From: Caulobacter sp.
Lineage (GTDB): Bacteria; Pseudomonadota; Alphaproteobacteria; Caulobacterales; Caulobacteraceae
Length of the DNA stretch: 64,000 bases
Direction of reading: 5' to 3'
Assembly (NCBI GenBank): GCA_030678995.1
Contig: JAUXTQ010000007.1
Location: 51,368 to 115,367, forward strand
Positions within the stretch are counted from its first letter, which is position 1; each line of letters begins with the position of its first letter. The notes beneath the pieces were generated by a model. It saw only the letters and a program-made list of their open reading frames with translations, was not told the origin of the DNA and did no database searches. Below, in pieces: positions 48,729 to 58,188 of this stretch. The translations under genes were made by a program, and so were the position numbers.

Positions 48729-50495
48729 ATGGAAGAGCGGACGGTTTCGCCCGTGATCGGCTGGGCGCGGATCGCCACGGGCCTGGCACAGGGCCTGCTG
48801 CTGTGGGGCCTGGTCGAGGCGACCAAGCACAAGGTCTGGCCGGCGACGGACGACGTCACGATGGGCGCCCTGAGCACTGTGGCCGCGATGGTTCCGATCG
48901 TGCTGCTGGGCGGCCTGGCCGAGATTCGCCGGCTGACCCTGATCATCTGGGCCTCGGTCGCCGCCGTCGTGCTGGCCGGGCTGGCGGTCCACGACGTCGC
49001 CAGCCGGGCGACGGAGAACCCGGGCGTTGGCGGCCTGGTCGACGACGGCTTCTGGTTCGCCGCGGGCCTGTTCATCGCTCACCATCTGGTCGCCGCCGCG
49101 GACGCGGACCGCAAGCTGATCGCCCGCTTCGCCACCTATTTCGACCTCGCCTGGAAGCATGGGGTGCAGTTGGTCATGTCGGCGGCCTTCGTCGGGGTGT
49201 TCTGGCTGGTGCTGGCCCTGGGCGCCGGCCTGTTCAAGCTGATCGGCATCGATTTCGTCGCCGAGTTGATCGCCAAACCCTGGTTCGCCCTGCCGGCCAG
49301 CGGCGCGATGTTCGCCGCGGCGGTGCAGCTGACCGACGTGCGCCACGGACTGATCCGCGGCATCCGCACGGTGGCTCTGACCCTGCTGTCCTGGCTGCTG
49401 CCGGTGCTGGCCTTCCTGACCGGCGCCTTCCTGGTCGCCCTGCCGTTCACCGGCCTGGAGCCCCTGTGGGAAAGCTGGAGCGCGACGGGCATCCTGCTCA
49501 GCGCCTCGGCGGTGATGATCATCCTGATCAACGCCGCCTACCAGGACGGCGAGCCGGATACGCCCACGCCGCTGATCCTGCGCTGGGCGGCCCGGCTGGG
49601 CGGTCTGCTGCTGATTCCGCTGATCGGCCTGGCCGGCTATGCCCTGTCCCTGAGGATCGGCCAGTACGGCCTGACGCCGGACCGGATCCTCGGCGTCGCC
49701 TGCGTCATCGCCGGGGCCTGCTACGCGGTCGGCTACGCCGTGGCGGCGGTGCTGCCGGGCGCCTGGATGAAGCTGCTGGAACTGACCAATGTGGTCACCG
49801 CCTTCGTAACGGTCGGCCTGATCCTGGCCCTGTTCAGCCCGCTGGCCGACCCGGCGAAGCTGTCGGTGAACGACCAGATGGCGCGCATCGCCGACGGCCG
49901 GCTGAAGCCGGACAAGGTCGACTACCGCTTCCTGCGCTTTGACAGCGAGCGGTATGGCGTGGCGGCGCTGGAGACTCTGAAGAAGAAGGGCGGCGAAACC
50001 GGCAAGCGGGCGGCGGTCGCCCTGACGGCCACAAATCGCTATGCCGAAAGCGAACTGACCGCCGCCGCCAACGCGGAGGACATTGCAGTCTGGCCCAAGG
50101 GACGTATCCTGCCGCCGGAGTTTCTGGCCCGAGCCTGGGATGAGTTTCCGCAAGGCCGGTCATGGTGCCGCCAAACGCGTTCGGATTGCGACGCCGTGTT
50201 TGTTGACCTTGATGGAGACGGCCACGAGGAAATTGTCTTGCGACGGCGCGACGGTGCGACTGTTTATGAACGGCGCGCCGACAACGGCTGGGCAGTGGTC
50301 GGGACGGCCAATGGCTTCCGCTGTGATGGGGCGGTTCAAGCCCTTCGTGAGGGCCGCTTCAAACTTGTCGCGCCAAGATGGCGGGATTTCGAGATCAATG
50401 GCCTCCGCGTCCATATCGACGCGACTTGGGAAGGCTGCGACGGAACGCCGGGAACGAACTCTGTCACAATCGTCAATGTGCCACCCAAGCGCTGA
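48729..50495 (+). CDS. DUF4153-like multi-pass membrane protein
   Basis: Many TM segments; RIGQYGLTPDR and SVNDQ motifs; soluble C-terminal region with DLDGDG.EE. Confidence 0.72.
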   Translation: MEERTVSPVIGWARIATGLAQGLLLWGLVEATKHKVWPATDDVTMGALSTVAAMVPIVLLGGLAEIRRLTLIIWASVAAVVLAGLAVHDVASRATENPGVGGLVDDGFWFAAGLFIAHHLVAAADADRKLIARFATYFDLAWKHGVQLVMSAAFVGVFWLVLALGAGLFKLIGIDFVAELIAKPWFALPASGAMFAAAVQLTDVRHGLIRGIRTVALTLLSWLLPVLAFLTGAFLVALPFTGLEPLWESWSATGILLSASAVMIILINAAYQDGEPDTPTPLILRWAARLGGLLLIPLIGLAGYALSLRIGQYGLTPDRILGVACVIAGACYAVGYAVAAVLPGAWMKLLELTNVVTAFVTVGLILALFSPLADPAKLSVNDQMARIADGRLKPDKVDYRFLRFDSERYGVAALETLKKKGGETGKRAAVALTATNRYAESELTAAANAEDIAVWPKGRILPPEFLARAWDEFPQGRSWCRQTRSDCDAVFVDLDGDGHEEIVLRRRDGATVYERRADNGWAVVGTANGFRCDGAVQALREGRFKLVAPRWRDFEINGLRVHIDATWEGCDGTPGTNSVTIVNVPPKR

Positions 50496-50510
50496 CGACG
50501 GTGGCGCCTC

Positions 50511-50578
50511 ATTGAGGCGGAGCACGGCGGGCAACCGACAAGACGCGCAAGGCCGCGCTCAAGAAAGGCGAGACGTGA
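50511..50578 (+). pseudogene. Possible degenerate 3' remnant of a RelE-type addiction-module toxin gene
   Basis: Reads ...TDKTRKAALKKGET-TGA with TGATG overlap onto the antitoxin start; no room for a full toxin gene. Confidence 0.4.
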
Positions 50579-50892
50579 TGGCCCTGACCCGATCGTTCAA
50601 GGAGACCGTCCAGGCGCGCGTGGCCCGTGACCCGGCATTCAAACAGGCCCTGCTGAGCGAAGGCGTGAATGCGCTGCTGGAAGGCGACCTGGACATCGGC
50701 AAGGCGGTGCTGCGCGACTACATCAATGCGACGATCGGCTTTGACTCCTTGGCTGCCGCGACCGGAACGCCGGCCAAAAGCCTGATGCGGATGTTCGGTC
50801 CGCGCGGCAATCCGAACGCCAGCAACCTGTTCGCCGTCATCGGCTGTCTGCAGCGCGAGTCGGGCGTGACCCTTGAGGTTCGGGCGGCCTGA
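50578..50892 (+). CDS. Addiction-module antidote protein (Xre/HTH antitoxin)
   Basis: MALTRSFKETV..R..RDP.F, LRDYINATIGF..LA and KSLMRMFGP.GNP motifs. Confidence 0.82.
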   Translation: MALTRSFKETVQARVARDPAFKQALLSEGVNALLEGDLDIGKAVLRDYINATIGFDSLAAATGTPAKSLMRMFGPRGNPNASNLFAVIGCLQRESGVTLEVRAA

Positions 50893-50898
50893 CGCCGG

Positions 50899-50986
50899 CC
50901 CTGCTTCGCCACGGCTTCGAAGGGCACGCCTTCGCCAAAGATGCGGTTCCGGGTGGCTCGCCACCCGAAGCCCGCGGGGCGAAGGG
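50899..50986. repeat. Multi-hairpin element abutting the tRNA 3' end
   Basis: On the minus strand, CCTTCG-CCCCGCGGGCTTCGGGTGGCGAGCCACCCG...CCCTTCGAAGCCGTGGCGAAGCAGG directly follows CCA. Confidence 0.5.
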
Positions 50987-51061
50987 TGGTGGATGCGACA
51001 GGGATTGAACCTGTGACCCCCTCGGTGTGAACGAGGTGCTCTCCCGCTGAGCTACGCATCC
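50987..51061 (-). tRNA. tRNA-Val(CAC)
   Basis: GGATGCGTAGCTCAGCGGGAGAGC..TT-CAC-AC..GGTTCAATCC..CATCCACCA; 75 nt. Confidence 0.95.
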
Positions 51062-51174
51062 CCTTGCAGGAAGGGCCGGGTCTATAGCCGCTGTCGCAGG
51101 TCGTCGCAAGCGGCCGACGGGCCGGTTTCATCGAACACCGTTCCGCGTTAGTCTGGGGCAGGGAGCGATGAGCC

Positions 51175-52308
51175 ATGAAAAGGCTTTGGTCGTGGACGAG
51201 GGGCTTGGGGCTGGCGCTGGCGTTGATGCTCGCGGGGCCCGGACCGACGGCTGTCGGGCAGCCCAGTCTCGATGCCTTCTGCCGCGCCCATGTTGACCGG
51301 ATCGAGGCACAGGTTCTCGCGGCACAGGCTGCCGTCTGCCCCACCACCCTGATCAACGACCTGACCAACACCATGTGGGCGCAGCTCTACAGCTGCATGC
51401 AGAACGGACAGCAGCACGCGCGGGAGGTCGAGGCGGCCAACGAGGCCGAGATCGCCAAATGCCAGGGCCCGCCCCGTGCGCCGGACCATTGCGACGACTA
51501 CGCCCAGCGGTCGATCGCCCAGATCCACCGGGGACTTGAACTGGGCTGCAACTTCTCGGGTCAGGACTGGTCGACGCGCGACGCGCCGACCCTGGTCGCC
51601 CAGTGCCGGGCCGGCGCGCGCACCGGCGACATCGTCAATCTGCGCGACCAGCAGCTATCCAATTGTGAGCGGAAGCCGAACGAGGACAAATGTGAAGCCT
51701 TCGCGGACTCGGCGATCCTGCAAAGCGTCAAGGATCGCGAGATGCAGTGCGGCCTCGCGGGGCGGGATCGGTGGGCCACCGAAGGTCGCAGCGAGCTTGT
51801 CGCCTGGTGCCGCCAGGCCTCGGAGGGCGCGGCCCGAAGCTATCTGGAGGCGCGCGAAGGGGACCTTGGCAACTGCCGGTACCGGGGTCCCGATGTCTGC
51901 GAGACCTTTGCGTCAACGGTTGAGGCGCAGGGCGCCCGGGATGTCGAGATGCGATGCGGACTCGCCGGCCGGCCGGAGTGGGCCATGGCCAGCCGAGGCG
52001 AGCTTCTCAGCTGGTGCCGGGCCAAGCCCAAGGCCGAGGTAGATGGCTATGTCCTGATGCGTGAGCGAGCACTGGACAGCTGTCGGAATCAGGGCCCTGA
52101 CAAATGTGTCGCCTTCGCCGCGGAGGCCCAGGTCCAGACCGATACCGCATTGCAGATGCGGTGCCCGTTTGCCGGCCGCCCCCACTGGAACATCACCGAT
52201 GCGCAGGGTCTGCGCAGTTGGTGCAAGGCGGCGCAGGCAGGTGTGGCGGATCGCTATCTGGCCCAGCGAGATCAGGACATCCGCACCTGCCAGATGACCG
52301 GTCGCTAG
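51175..52308 (+). CDS. Secreted protein with five ~68-aa four-cysteine repeats
   Basis: Signal peptide; repeat consensus C..FA.....Q......M.CG.AGR..W......L..WC..........Y...R...L..C. Confidence 0.8.
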   Translation: MKRLWSWTRGLGLALALMLAGPGPTAVGQPSLDAFCRAHVDRIEAQVLAAQAAVCPTTLINDLTNTMWAQLYSCMQNGQQHAREVEAANEAEIAKCQGPPRAPDHCDDYAQRSIAQIHRGLELGCNFSGQDWSTRDAPTLVAQCRAGARTGDIVNLRDQQLSNCERKPNEDKCEAFADSAILQSVKDREMQCGLAGRDRWATEGRSELVAWCRQASEGAARSYLEAREGDLGNCRYRGPDVCETFASTVEAQGARDVEMRCGLAGRPEWAMASRGELLSWCRAKPKAEVDGYVLMRERALDSCRNQGPDKCVAFAAEAQVQTDTALQMRCPFAGRPHWNITDAQGLRSWCKAAQAGVADRYLAQRDQDIRTCQMTGR

Positions 52309-52312
52309 GCGG

Positions 52313-53002
52313 TCATCCCGCCAGACAGGCGATCACCGCTGGAAGCGTCGCGTAGCTGCTGATGACCATCGTCCCCCCCAACTCCGCCGCCGGGGTCAGG
52401 GTGTAGCCGAAGTCGACCACCACGCAGGGCATACCCGCCGCCTGCGCCGCGCCGGTGTCCGGGGAAGCATCGCCGACGAGAATCGCCCGGGACCGATCGC
52501 CTCCGGCCCGTTCGATGGCCAGCAGCAGCGTCGCCGGATCCGGCTTCTGCGTCGGCAGGACATCCCCGCCGACCACGGCCGCGAACAGGCCGCTCATGTC
52601 CAGCGCATCCAGCAGCGCCTCGGTCAGGTGCTGGGGCTTGTTGGTGCAGACCGCCAGCGCCGCGCCGCGGGCCGTCAGGTCGGCCAGGGCGTCGAGGCAG
52701 CCGGGAAAGGGCCGGCTCTCAAGGGCGATGCGGCTTTGATAGATCTCGATGAACCGGCTGAAGAGGCGCGGCATGTCCTGGTCCGACAACGGCGCGCCGG
52801 CGCGCTCGAAGCCCTTGGTGACCAGGAACTTCGCGCCTCGCCCGACGAGAATGCGCACATCGCTGTAGGGCACGGGCGGCAGGCCTTCCTCCGCCAGCAC
52901 GGTGTTCAGCGCCCCGATAAGGTCGGGCGCGGTCTCCACCAGGGTGCCGTCGAGGTCGAAGGCGATGGTCCAGCCGGCGAGGGGTTTGCTCGGGTCATGC
53001 AT
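52313..53002 (-). CDS. gph: HAD hydrolase, phosphoglycolate phosphatase-like
   Basis: FDLDGTLVET, TNK, KPDP and VGD..D motifs. Confidence 0.82.
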   Translation of the reverse strand: MHDPSKPLAGWTIAFDLDGTLVETAPDLIGALNTVLAEEGLPPVPYSDVRILVGRGAKFLVTKGFERAGAPLSDQDMPRLFSRFIEIYQSRIALESRPFPGCLDALADLTARGAALAVCTNKPQHLTEALLDALDMSGLFAAVVGGDVLPTQKPDPATLLLAIERAGGDRSRAILVGDASPDTGAAQAAGMPCVVVDFGYTLTPAAELGGTMVISSYATLPAVIACLAG

Positions 53003-53056
53003 CGTCAGGGGCTTTCGGGTAAAGCTCGCTGAAATGCAACGTCACGAGTCGATCCG

Positions 53057-54403
53057 ATGAGTCAGCGCGCAGCGGTGATCATGGCCGCGGGCCAGGGCAC
53101 GCGGATGAAGTCTCCCACGCCCAAGGTGCTGCACCGGGTCGGCGGGCGAACCATGCTCGACCGCGCCATCGACGCGGCGCAGGCCTGCGGCTGCGAGCGG
53201 GTCGTGGTGGTCTGCGGGACCCACAGCCCCGGCGTCGCCGACCACGTGCGCAAACGGCTGGGGGAGGGCGCGGTGGCCATCCAGGACCCGCCGCTGGGCA
53301 CCGCCCACGCCGTGCTGGCGGCGAAGGACGCGCTGGCGGGTTTCACCGGCGAGGTGCTGGTGACCAACGCCGACTGCCCCCTGCTGACCGCCGCTGACAT
53401 CGCGCCCCTGTTCGACCGGCGGGCCGCCGGCGACGACCTGGTCATGCTGGCCTTCGAGGCGGCGGATCCGGCGCTGTACGGCCGGATGATCCAGGACAAG
53501 GACGGCCGCCTGCTGCGCATCGTCGAAGCGCGCGACGCGACGGCCGAGGAGAAGGCCGTCCGCGCCTGCTATTCCGGCATTCTCTGCGCCGCCGCCGGGC
53601 CGTTGTTCGACTGGCTGGCGGCGGTCGGCAACGACAACGTCAAGGCCGAGTACTACATCACCAGCATCGTCGGCATCGCCAACGCGGCCGGCAGGCGGGT
53701 AGGGGTGGCCTTCACCTCCGAGGCTGCCGTCATGGGCGCCGACGACCAGGCCGGCGTGGCCCGCGCCGAGGCTCTCTGGCAGGCCCGCGCCCGCTCGGCC
53801 CTGATGGCCGACGGCGTGACCATGGTCGCCCCGGAGACGGTGTTCCTGTCTTTCGATACGAAGATCGCCGGCGGCGTGATCCTGGAGCCGAACCTGGTGT
53901 TCGGGCCGGGCGTGACGGTCGAGGGCGGCGCGGTGATCCGCGCCTTCAGCCATCTGGAGGGCTCCATCGTGCGCGGCGGCGCCATCATTGGCCCCTACGC
54001 CCGCCTGCGGCCCGGCGCGGACATCGGCGAGGACGCCCACATCGGCAACTTCGTCGAGGTCAAGAAGGTCAAGGTCGGCAAGGGCGCCAAGGCCAACCAT
54101 CTGGCCTATCTGGGCGACGGCACGATCGGCGCGAAGGCCAACATCGGCGCCGGCACGATCTTCTGCAACTACGACGGCTTCGACAAACACGACACCCATG
54201 TGGGCGAGGGCGCCTTCGTCGGCTCCAACTCCTCGCTGGTGGCGCCGGTGACCATCGGGGCGGGGGCCTATACCGGCTCCGGCTCGGTGATCACCCGCGA
54301 CGTGGCGCCCGACGCCCTGGCGCTTGAGCGCGGCGTCCAGGCCGAGAAACCCGGCTGGGCGGCGCGGTTCCGGGCGATGAAGCTGGCGCGGAAGAAGGGG
54401 TAG
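53057..54403 (+). CDS. glmU: Bifunctional UDP-GlcNAc pyrophosphorylase / glucosamine-1-P acetyltransferase
   Basis: [31 protein letters not shown] and CNYDG motifs. Confidence 0.96.
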   Translation: MSQRAAVIMAAGQGTRMKSPTPKVLHRVGGRTMLDRAIDAAQACGCERVVVVCGTHSPGVADHVRKRLGEGAVAIQDPPLGTAHAVLAAKDALAGFTGEVLVTNADCPLLTAADIAPLFDRRAAGDDLVMLAFEAADPALYGRMIQDKDGRLLRIVEARDATAEEKAVRACYSGILCAAAGPLFDWLAAVGNDNVKAEYYITSIVGIANAAGRRVGVAFTSEAAVMGADDQAGVARAEALWQARARSALMADGVTMVAPETVFLSFDTKIAGGVILEPNLVFGPGVTVEGGAVIRAFSHLEGSIVRGGAIIGPYARLRPGADIGEDAHIGNFVEVKKVKVGKGAKANHLAYLGDGTIGAKANIGAGTIFCNYDGFDKHDTHVGEGAFVGSNSSLVAPVTIGAGAYTGSGSVITRDVAPDALALERGVQAEKPGWAARFRAMKLARKKG

Positions 54404-54457
54404 GCTTTTAGGGCGTTCCGCTTTCTGGTATATACGTGTGCATACGGAGACGATCCC

Positions 54458-54697
54458 ATGACCACCGTCACCAGCAAGACCTTCAGGAGCGGCAACAGCC
54501 AGGCCGTCCGGCTGCCGCGCGAAATCGCCTACGCGGACGACACGGAAGTCACCATCGAGCGTTCGGGCGATGTGCTGACCATCCGTCCCAAACGGATATC
54601 AATTGCCGAGATGCTGCGGCGCCTCGACGAACTGCCGGGGCCAGGCGAGATCGAGGTTCGTGATCCCGACATCTTCCCGGATCGGGAAGGTCTCTGA
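54458..54697 (+). CDS. vapB: VapB antitoxin (AbrB/MazE fold)
   Basis: FRSGNSQAVRLP motif. Confidence 0.9.
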   Translation: MTTVTSKTFRSGNSQAVRLPREIAYADDTEVTIERSGDVLTIRPKRISIAEMLRRLDELPGPGEIEVRDPDIFPDREGL

Positions 54698-54701
54698 CGG
54701 C

Positions 54702-55088
54702 GTGACCTGGCTGGTCGATACGAGCGTTGCGATCGCGATGCGGGACGCCGATCCGGTGCACCGTCCGCGGATGGAGACGCTGGGGGGCGACGTAGCGATC
54801 TCCATCGTCACGCGCATTGAACTGGAAGGCGGGGTCTACCGCGATCCGGAGAAGGCGGCGGCCCGGCGCGCCAAGCTGGACGTCTTCCTGTCGGCGCTCA
54901 CGGTTCTGCCCTTCGACGCCGCGTCGGCGGACGTCTACCGCGATATCGTCGCCGCCCTCGGCTTCTCCCGGCGCAAGACGCTGGATCGCATGATCGCGGC
55001 CCAGGCCATCGTCCACCGCGCGACGCTCGTCACGCTGAACTCCGCTGACTTCGCCGATATTCCGAGCCTCAAGCTGGTCGCCTGGTAG
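54702..55088 (+). CDS. vapC: VapC PIN-domain toxin
   Basis: VDTS, EL, D..IAA.A and TLN..DF acidic PIN residues. Confidence 0.9.
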   Translation: MTWLVDTSVAIAMRDADPVHRPRMETLGGDVAISIVTRIELEGGVYRDPEKAAARRAKLDVFLSALTVLPFDAASADVYRDIVAALGFSRRKTLDRMIAAQAIVHRATLVTLNSADFADIPSLKLVAW

Positions 55089-55158
55089 GTCGACTTCAGG
55101 CCTCGAATGGCCGCCCGCGCCACGCTATAGCGTCTGCGCCGCCGCCCGGAGACATCCC

Positions 55159-55839
55159 ATGACCGCCGACGACCAGAAACGCATCTCCGGCGAGGCCGCC
55201 GCCGAACTGGTCGAGGCCGGCATGGTCGTCGGCCTGGGCACCGGCTCGACGGCCGCCTGGTTCGTCAAGGCGCTGGCCGCGCGGGGGCTGGACATCCGGG
55301 GGGTGCCGACGTCGGAGAACACCGCAAACCTGGCCCGCGAGCTGGGCATCGCGCTGGTGGGGCTGGACGATGTGAAGGCGATCGACCTGACCGTCGACGG
55401 GGCCGACGAGATCGGCCCGGGCCTGTCGCTGATCAAGGGCGGCGGGGCGGCCCTGCTGCGCGAGAAGCTGGTCTGGGAGGCCTCGCGCCGCTGCGTGGTC
55501 ATCGCCGACGCGGCCAAGGTGGTGAAGGCGCTGGGCAGGTTCCCCCTGCCGATCGAGGTGGTTCGCTTCGGCCACCCGCACACCGGCCGGCGGCTGGCCG
55601 ACATCGCCGCCGAGTTCGAGCTGCCGCCGCCGCGCCTGCGCGCGGCCGACCGGGGCATCGTCATCACCGACGGCGGCAACGTCATCTACGACCTGGCCTC
55701 CGGAAAGATCAGCGATCCCGCCGCCCTGGCCGGGCCCCTGAAGAGCGTCACCGGGGTGGTCGACCACGGCCTGTTCCTCGATCTCGCCGACGAGGCGCTG
55801 ATCGGAACGGACGAGGGGGTGGTCAAGCTGACTCCCTAG
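55159..55839 (+). CDS. rpiA: Ribose-5-phosphate isomerase A
   Basis: GLGTGSTA, DGADE, IKGGGAALLREK and GVVDHGLF motifs. Confidence 0.96.
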   Translation: MTADDQKRISGEAAAELVEAGMVVGLGTGSTAAWFVKALAARGLDIRGVPTSENTANLARELGIALVGLDDVKAIDLTVDGADEIGPGLSLIKGGGAALLREKLVWEASRRCVVIADAAKVVKALGRFPLPIEVVRFGHPHTGRRLADIAAEFELPPPRLRAADRGIVITDGGNVIYDLASGKISDPAALAGPLKSVTGVVDHGLFLDLADEALIGTDEGVVKLTP

Positions 55840-56268
55840 TCAGGCGACAGCAACCGCCAGATCGATGCGATGTCCCAGCGCCGCAAACGCCGCTTCCAAC
55901 TGATCCAGCCTGGAGGCGTGGTCCAATCGGAACAGACGATCGACCTGCTCGCGGTGCCAGCCCAGCCGGCGGCAAAGTTCCGCTCGTGACGCGCCCTGTT
56001 GCGCCAGCGTCTTGTAGAGTGACACCTTGATTGCGGTCAGAGCGCTGAGAAAGACGTACGTCTGGCCCGTGCGAACAAAGTCCGACCAGGGCGGGATGTC
56101 CCTGCCGTCGGAAATACGAGCCGCCAGCGCCTCTTCGACGGCCAGAGCCCCGGCCCGAAGCGCCCCGTCAAGGTCGTCACCAAAGGTCGCGATTTCAGGC
56201 AGGACGGAGCTCGTTACGAGAAGGGTCCCGTTGTCGTCCGGCGTAAGGTCGATCGGATAAGCAGCCAT
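55840..56268 (-). CDS. hicB: HicB antitoxin
   Basis: YPI.L..DDNGT.LVT...LPE..TFG motif and a C-terminal HTH. Confidence 0.88.
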   Translation of the reverse strand: MAAYPIDLTPDDNGTLLVTSSVLPEIATFGDDLDGALRAGALAVEEALAARISDGRDIPPWSDFVRTGQTYVFLSALTAIKVSLYKTLAQQGASRAELCRRLGWHREQVDRLFRLDHASRLDQLEAAFAALGHRIDLAVAVA

Positions 56269-56456
56269 CACTTCAACCCCAAGTCCTTCTTGATTTTGCT
56301 GACCAGGCCGGTGCCGAGTTCCTTGCGTCCACCGTGCATGGGCAACTGGGACGTACGCTCGCCACGCCTGATTGTCAGATGGCCCGATCCGCCGCGATGC
56401 GTCTCGAACGTGCAGCCCTGCGCGGCGAGCCATCTCTTGAATTCACCGGCATTCAT
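56268..56456 (-). CDS. hicA: HicA toxin
   Basis: EFKRWL..QG, GSGH, P.HG and I.KDLGL motifs; TGATG-type coupling to hicB. Confidence 0.9.
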   Translation of the reverse strand: MNAGEFKRWLAAQGCTFETHRGGSGHLTIRRGERTSQLPMHGGRKELGTGLVSKIKKDLGLK

Positions 56457-56520
56457 GCCACATAGGATGCGCCACACTTCTGTTGAAGTCAACACATCTG
56501 TAGACACCTAAGGACGCCTG

Positions 56521-57900
56521 ATGACCAAATACGACTACGACCTCTTCGTCATCGGCGCCGGGTCCGGCGGGGTCCGCGCGGCGCGGTTGGCGGCCATGAG
56601 CGGCGCCCGGGTCGGGGTGGCCGAGGAATACCGCGTCGGCGGAACCTGCGTGATCCGCGGCTGCGTGCCTAAGAAGTTCATGGTCTACGCCAGCGAATTC
56701 TCACACCAGGTCAAGACCGCCCGCGGCTTCGGCTGGACGGTCGAGGAGCCCAAATTCGACTGGCCGACCTTCCTCCAGGACAAGGACATCGAGATCGCCC
56801 GCCTGTCGGGCATCTACGTCACCAACCTGCAGAAGGCCGGCGCCGACCTGGTCCACGGCAAGGCGGTGCTGAAGGACGCCCACACCGTCGAGATCCTCGG
56901 CGAGCACGCCCAGACCGTCACGGCGGAGAAGATCCTCATCGCCACCGGCGGCCGGCCGGTGTTCCCGGCGGACCTGCCGGGGGTCGAGCACGCCATCAGC
57001 TCGGACGAGGCCTTCCACCTGGAAAAACTGCCGAAGAGCATCCTGATCGTCGGCGGCGGCTATATCGCCGTGGAGTTCGCCGGCATCTTCGCGGGCCTGG
57101 GCGCCAAGGTGACGCTGCTCTATCGCGGGGCCAACATCCTGCGCGGCTTCGACGACGACGTCCGCGCCCACCTGGCGCACGAGATGGAGCGGCGCGGCAT
57201 CACCGTGGTGCTGGGCTGTCAGCACGAGAGCCTGGAAATGACCGAGGCCGGCATCGTCAGCACCCTCAACAACCACATGAAGTTCACCACCGACCAGGTG
57301 ATGTTCGCCACCGGCCGCGAGCCCTATGTGAAGGGCCTGGGGCTGGAGACCGCCGGGGTCGAGCTCAACGACAGGGGCGCGATCAAGGTCGACAAATTCT
57401 CCAAAACCAACGTCGACAACATCTGGGCCGTGGGCGACGTCACCGACCGGATCAACCTGACCCCCGTGGCCATCCGCGAGGGCGCGGCCTTCGCCGAGAC
57501 CGAGTTCCGCAACAATCCGACCACCTTCGACCACGATATGGTCGCCACCGCCGTCTTCTCCCAGCCGCCGATCGGCACGGTCGGCATGGGCGAGGCGGAG
57601 GCGCGAAAGGCCTATGGGTCCATCGACGTCTATCGCTCCGTGTTCCGGCCGATGAAGGTCACCTTCTACGGCGGCGAGGAACGGTCCCTGATGAAGCTGC
57701 TGGTCCGCCACGACACCCAGCAGGTGGTCGGGGTCCATGTGGTCGGCCCGGACTCCCCGGAAATGATCCAGATGGCCGCCATCGCCGTGAAGATGGGCGT
57801 CACCAAACAGCAGTGGGACTCCACCTGCGCCGTCCACCCGACGGCGGCCGAGGAGCTGGTGACCATGCGCGAGAAGTATATGCCGGCGGAGCTGGGGTAG
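56521..57900 (+). CDS. gor: Glutathione-disulfide reductase
   Basis: GAGSGG, GGTCVIRGCVPKK, GGGYIAVEF and HPT.AEE motifs. Confidence 0.96.
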   Translation: MTKYDYDLFVIGAGSGGVRAARLAAMSGARVGVAEEYRVGGTCVIRGCVPKKFMVYASEFSHQVKTARGFGWTVEEPKFDWPTFLQDKDIEIARLSGIYVTNLQKAGADLVHGKAVLKDAHTVEILGEHAQTVTAEKILIATGGRPVFPADLPGVEHAISSDEAFHLEKLPKSILIVGGGYIAVEFAGIFAGLGAKVTLLYRGANILRGFDDDVRAHLAHEMERRGITVVLGCQHESLEMTEAGIVSTLNNHMKFTTDQVMFATGREPYVKGLGLETAGVELNDRGAIKVDKFSKTNVDNIWAVGDVTDRINLTPVAIREGAAFAETEFRNNPTTFDHDMVATAVFSQPPIGTVGMGEAEARKAYGSIDVYRSVFRPMKVTFYGGEERSLMKLLVRHDTQQVVGVHVVGPDSPEMIQMAAIAVKMGVTKQQWDSTCAVHPTAAEELVTMREKYMPAELG

Positions 57901-58188
57901 GCAGGCCAGGGCGCCGCGTTCTACGGATGCGTCGAGATTCCACTATATGTGGGGAGCGGATGGACAGCCCAACGCCCCGATCGTCGGCGTCGCCTCCGTC
58001 ATCGATGGGTGCATGCTGCCGCGAGGTAGCCGGAGCCCACGTCAAGACATCCGGGCAAGCTCGACAACGGTCTCGAATCTCATCTCGCCCCGGCCATCCA
58101 CCCCCGGGAGTTTCGAGTACTGCGTTAACCGAAAATGGGAAGACGGCATGCTTGCATCGCCTCAAAAGTCGGTGACCGGAGAATTGTT

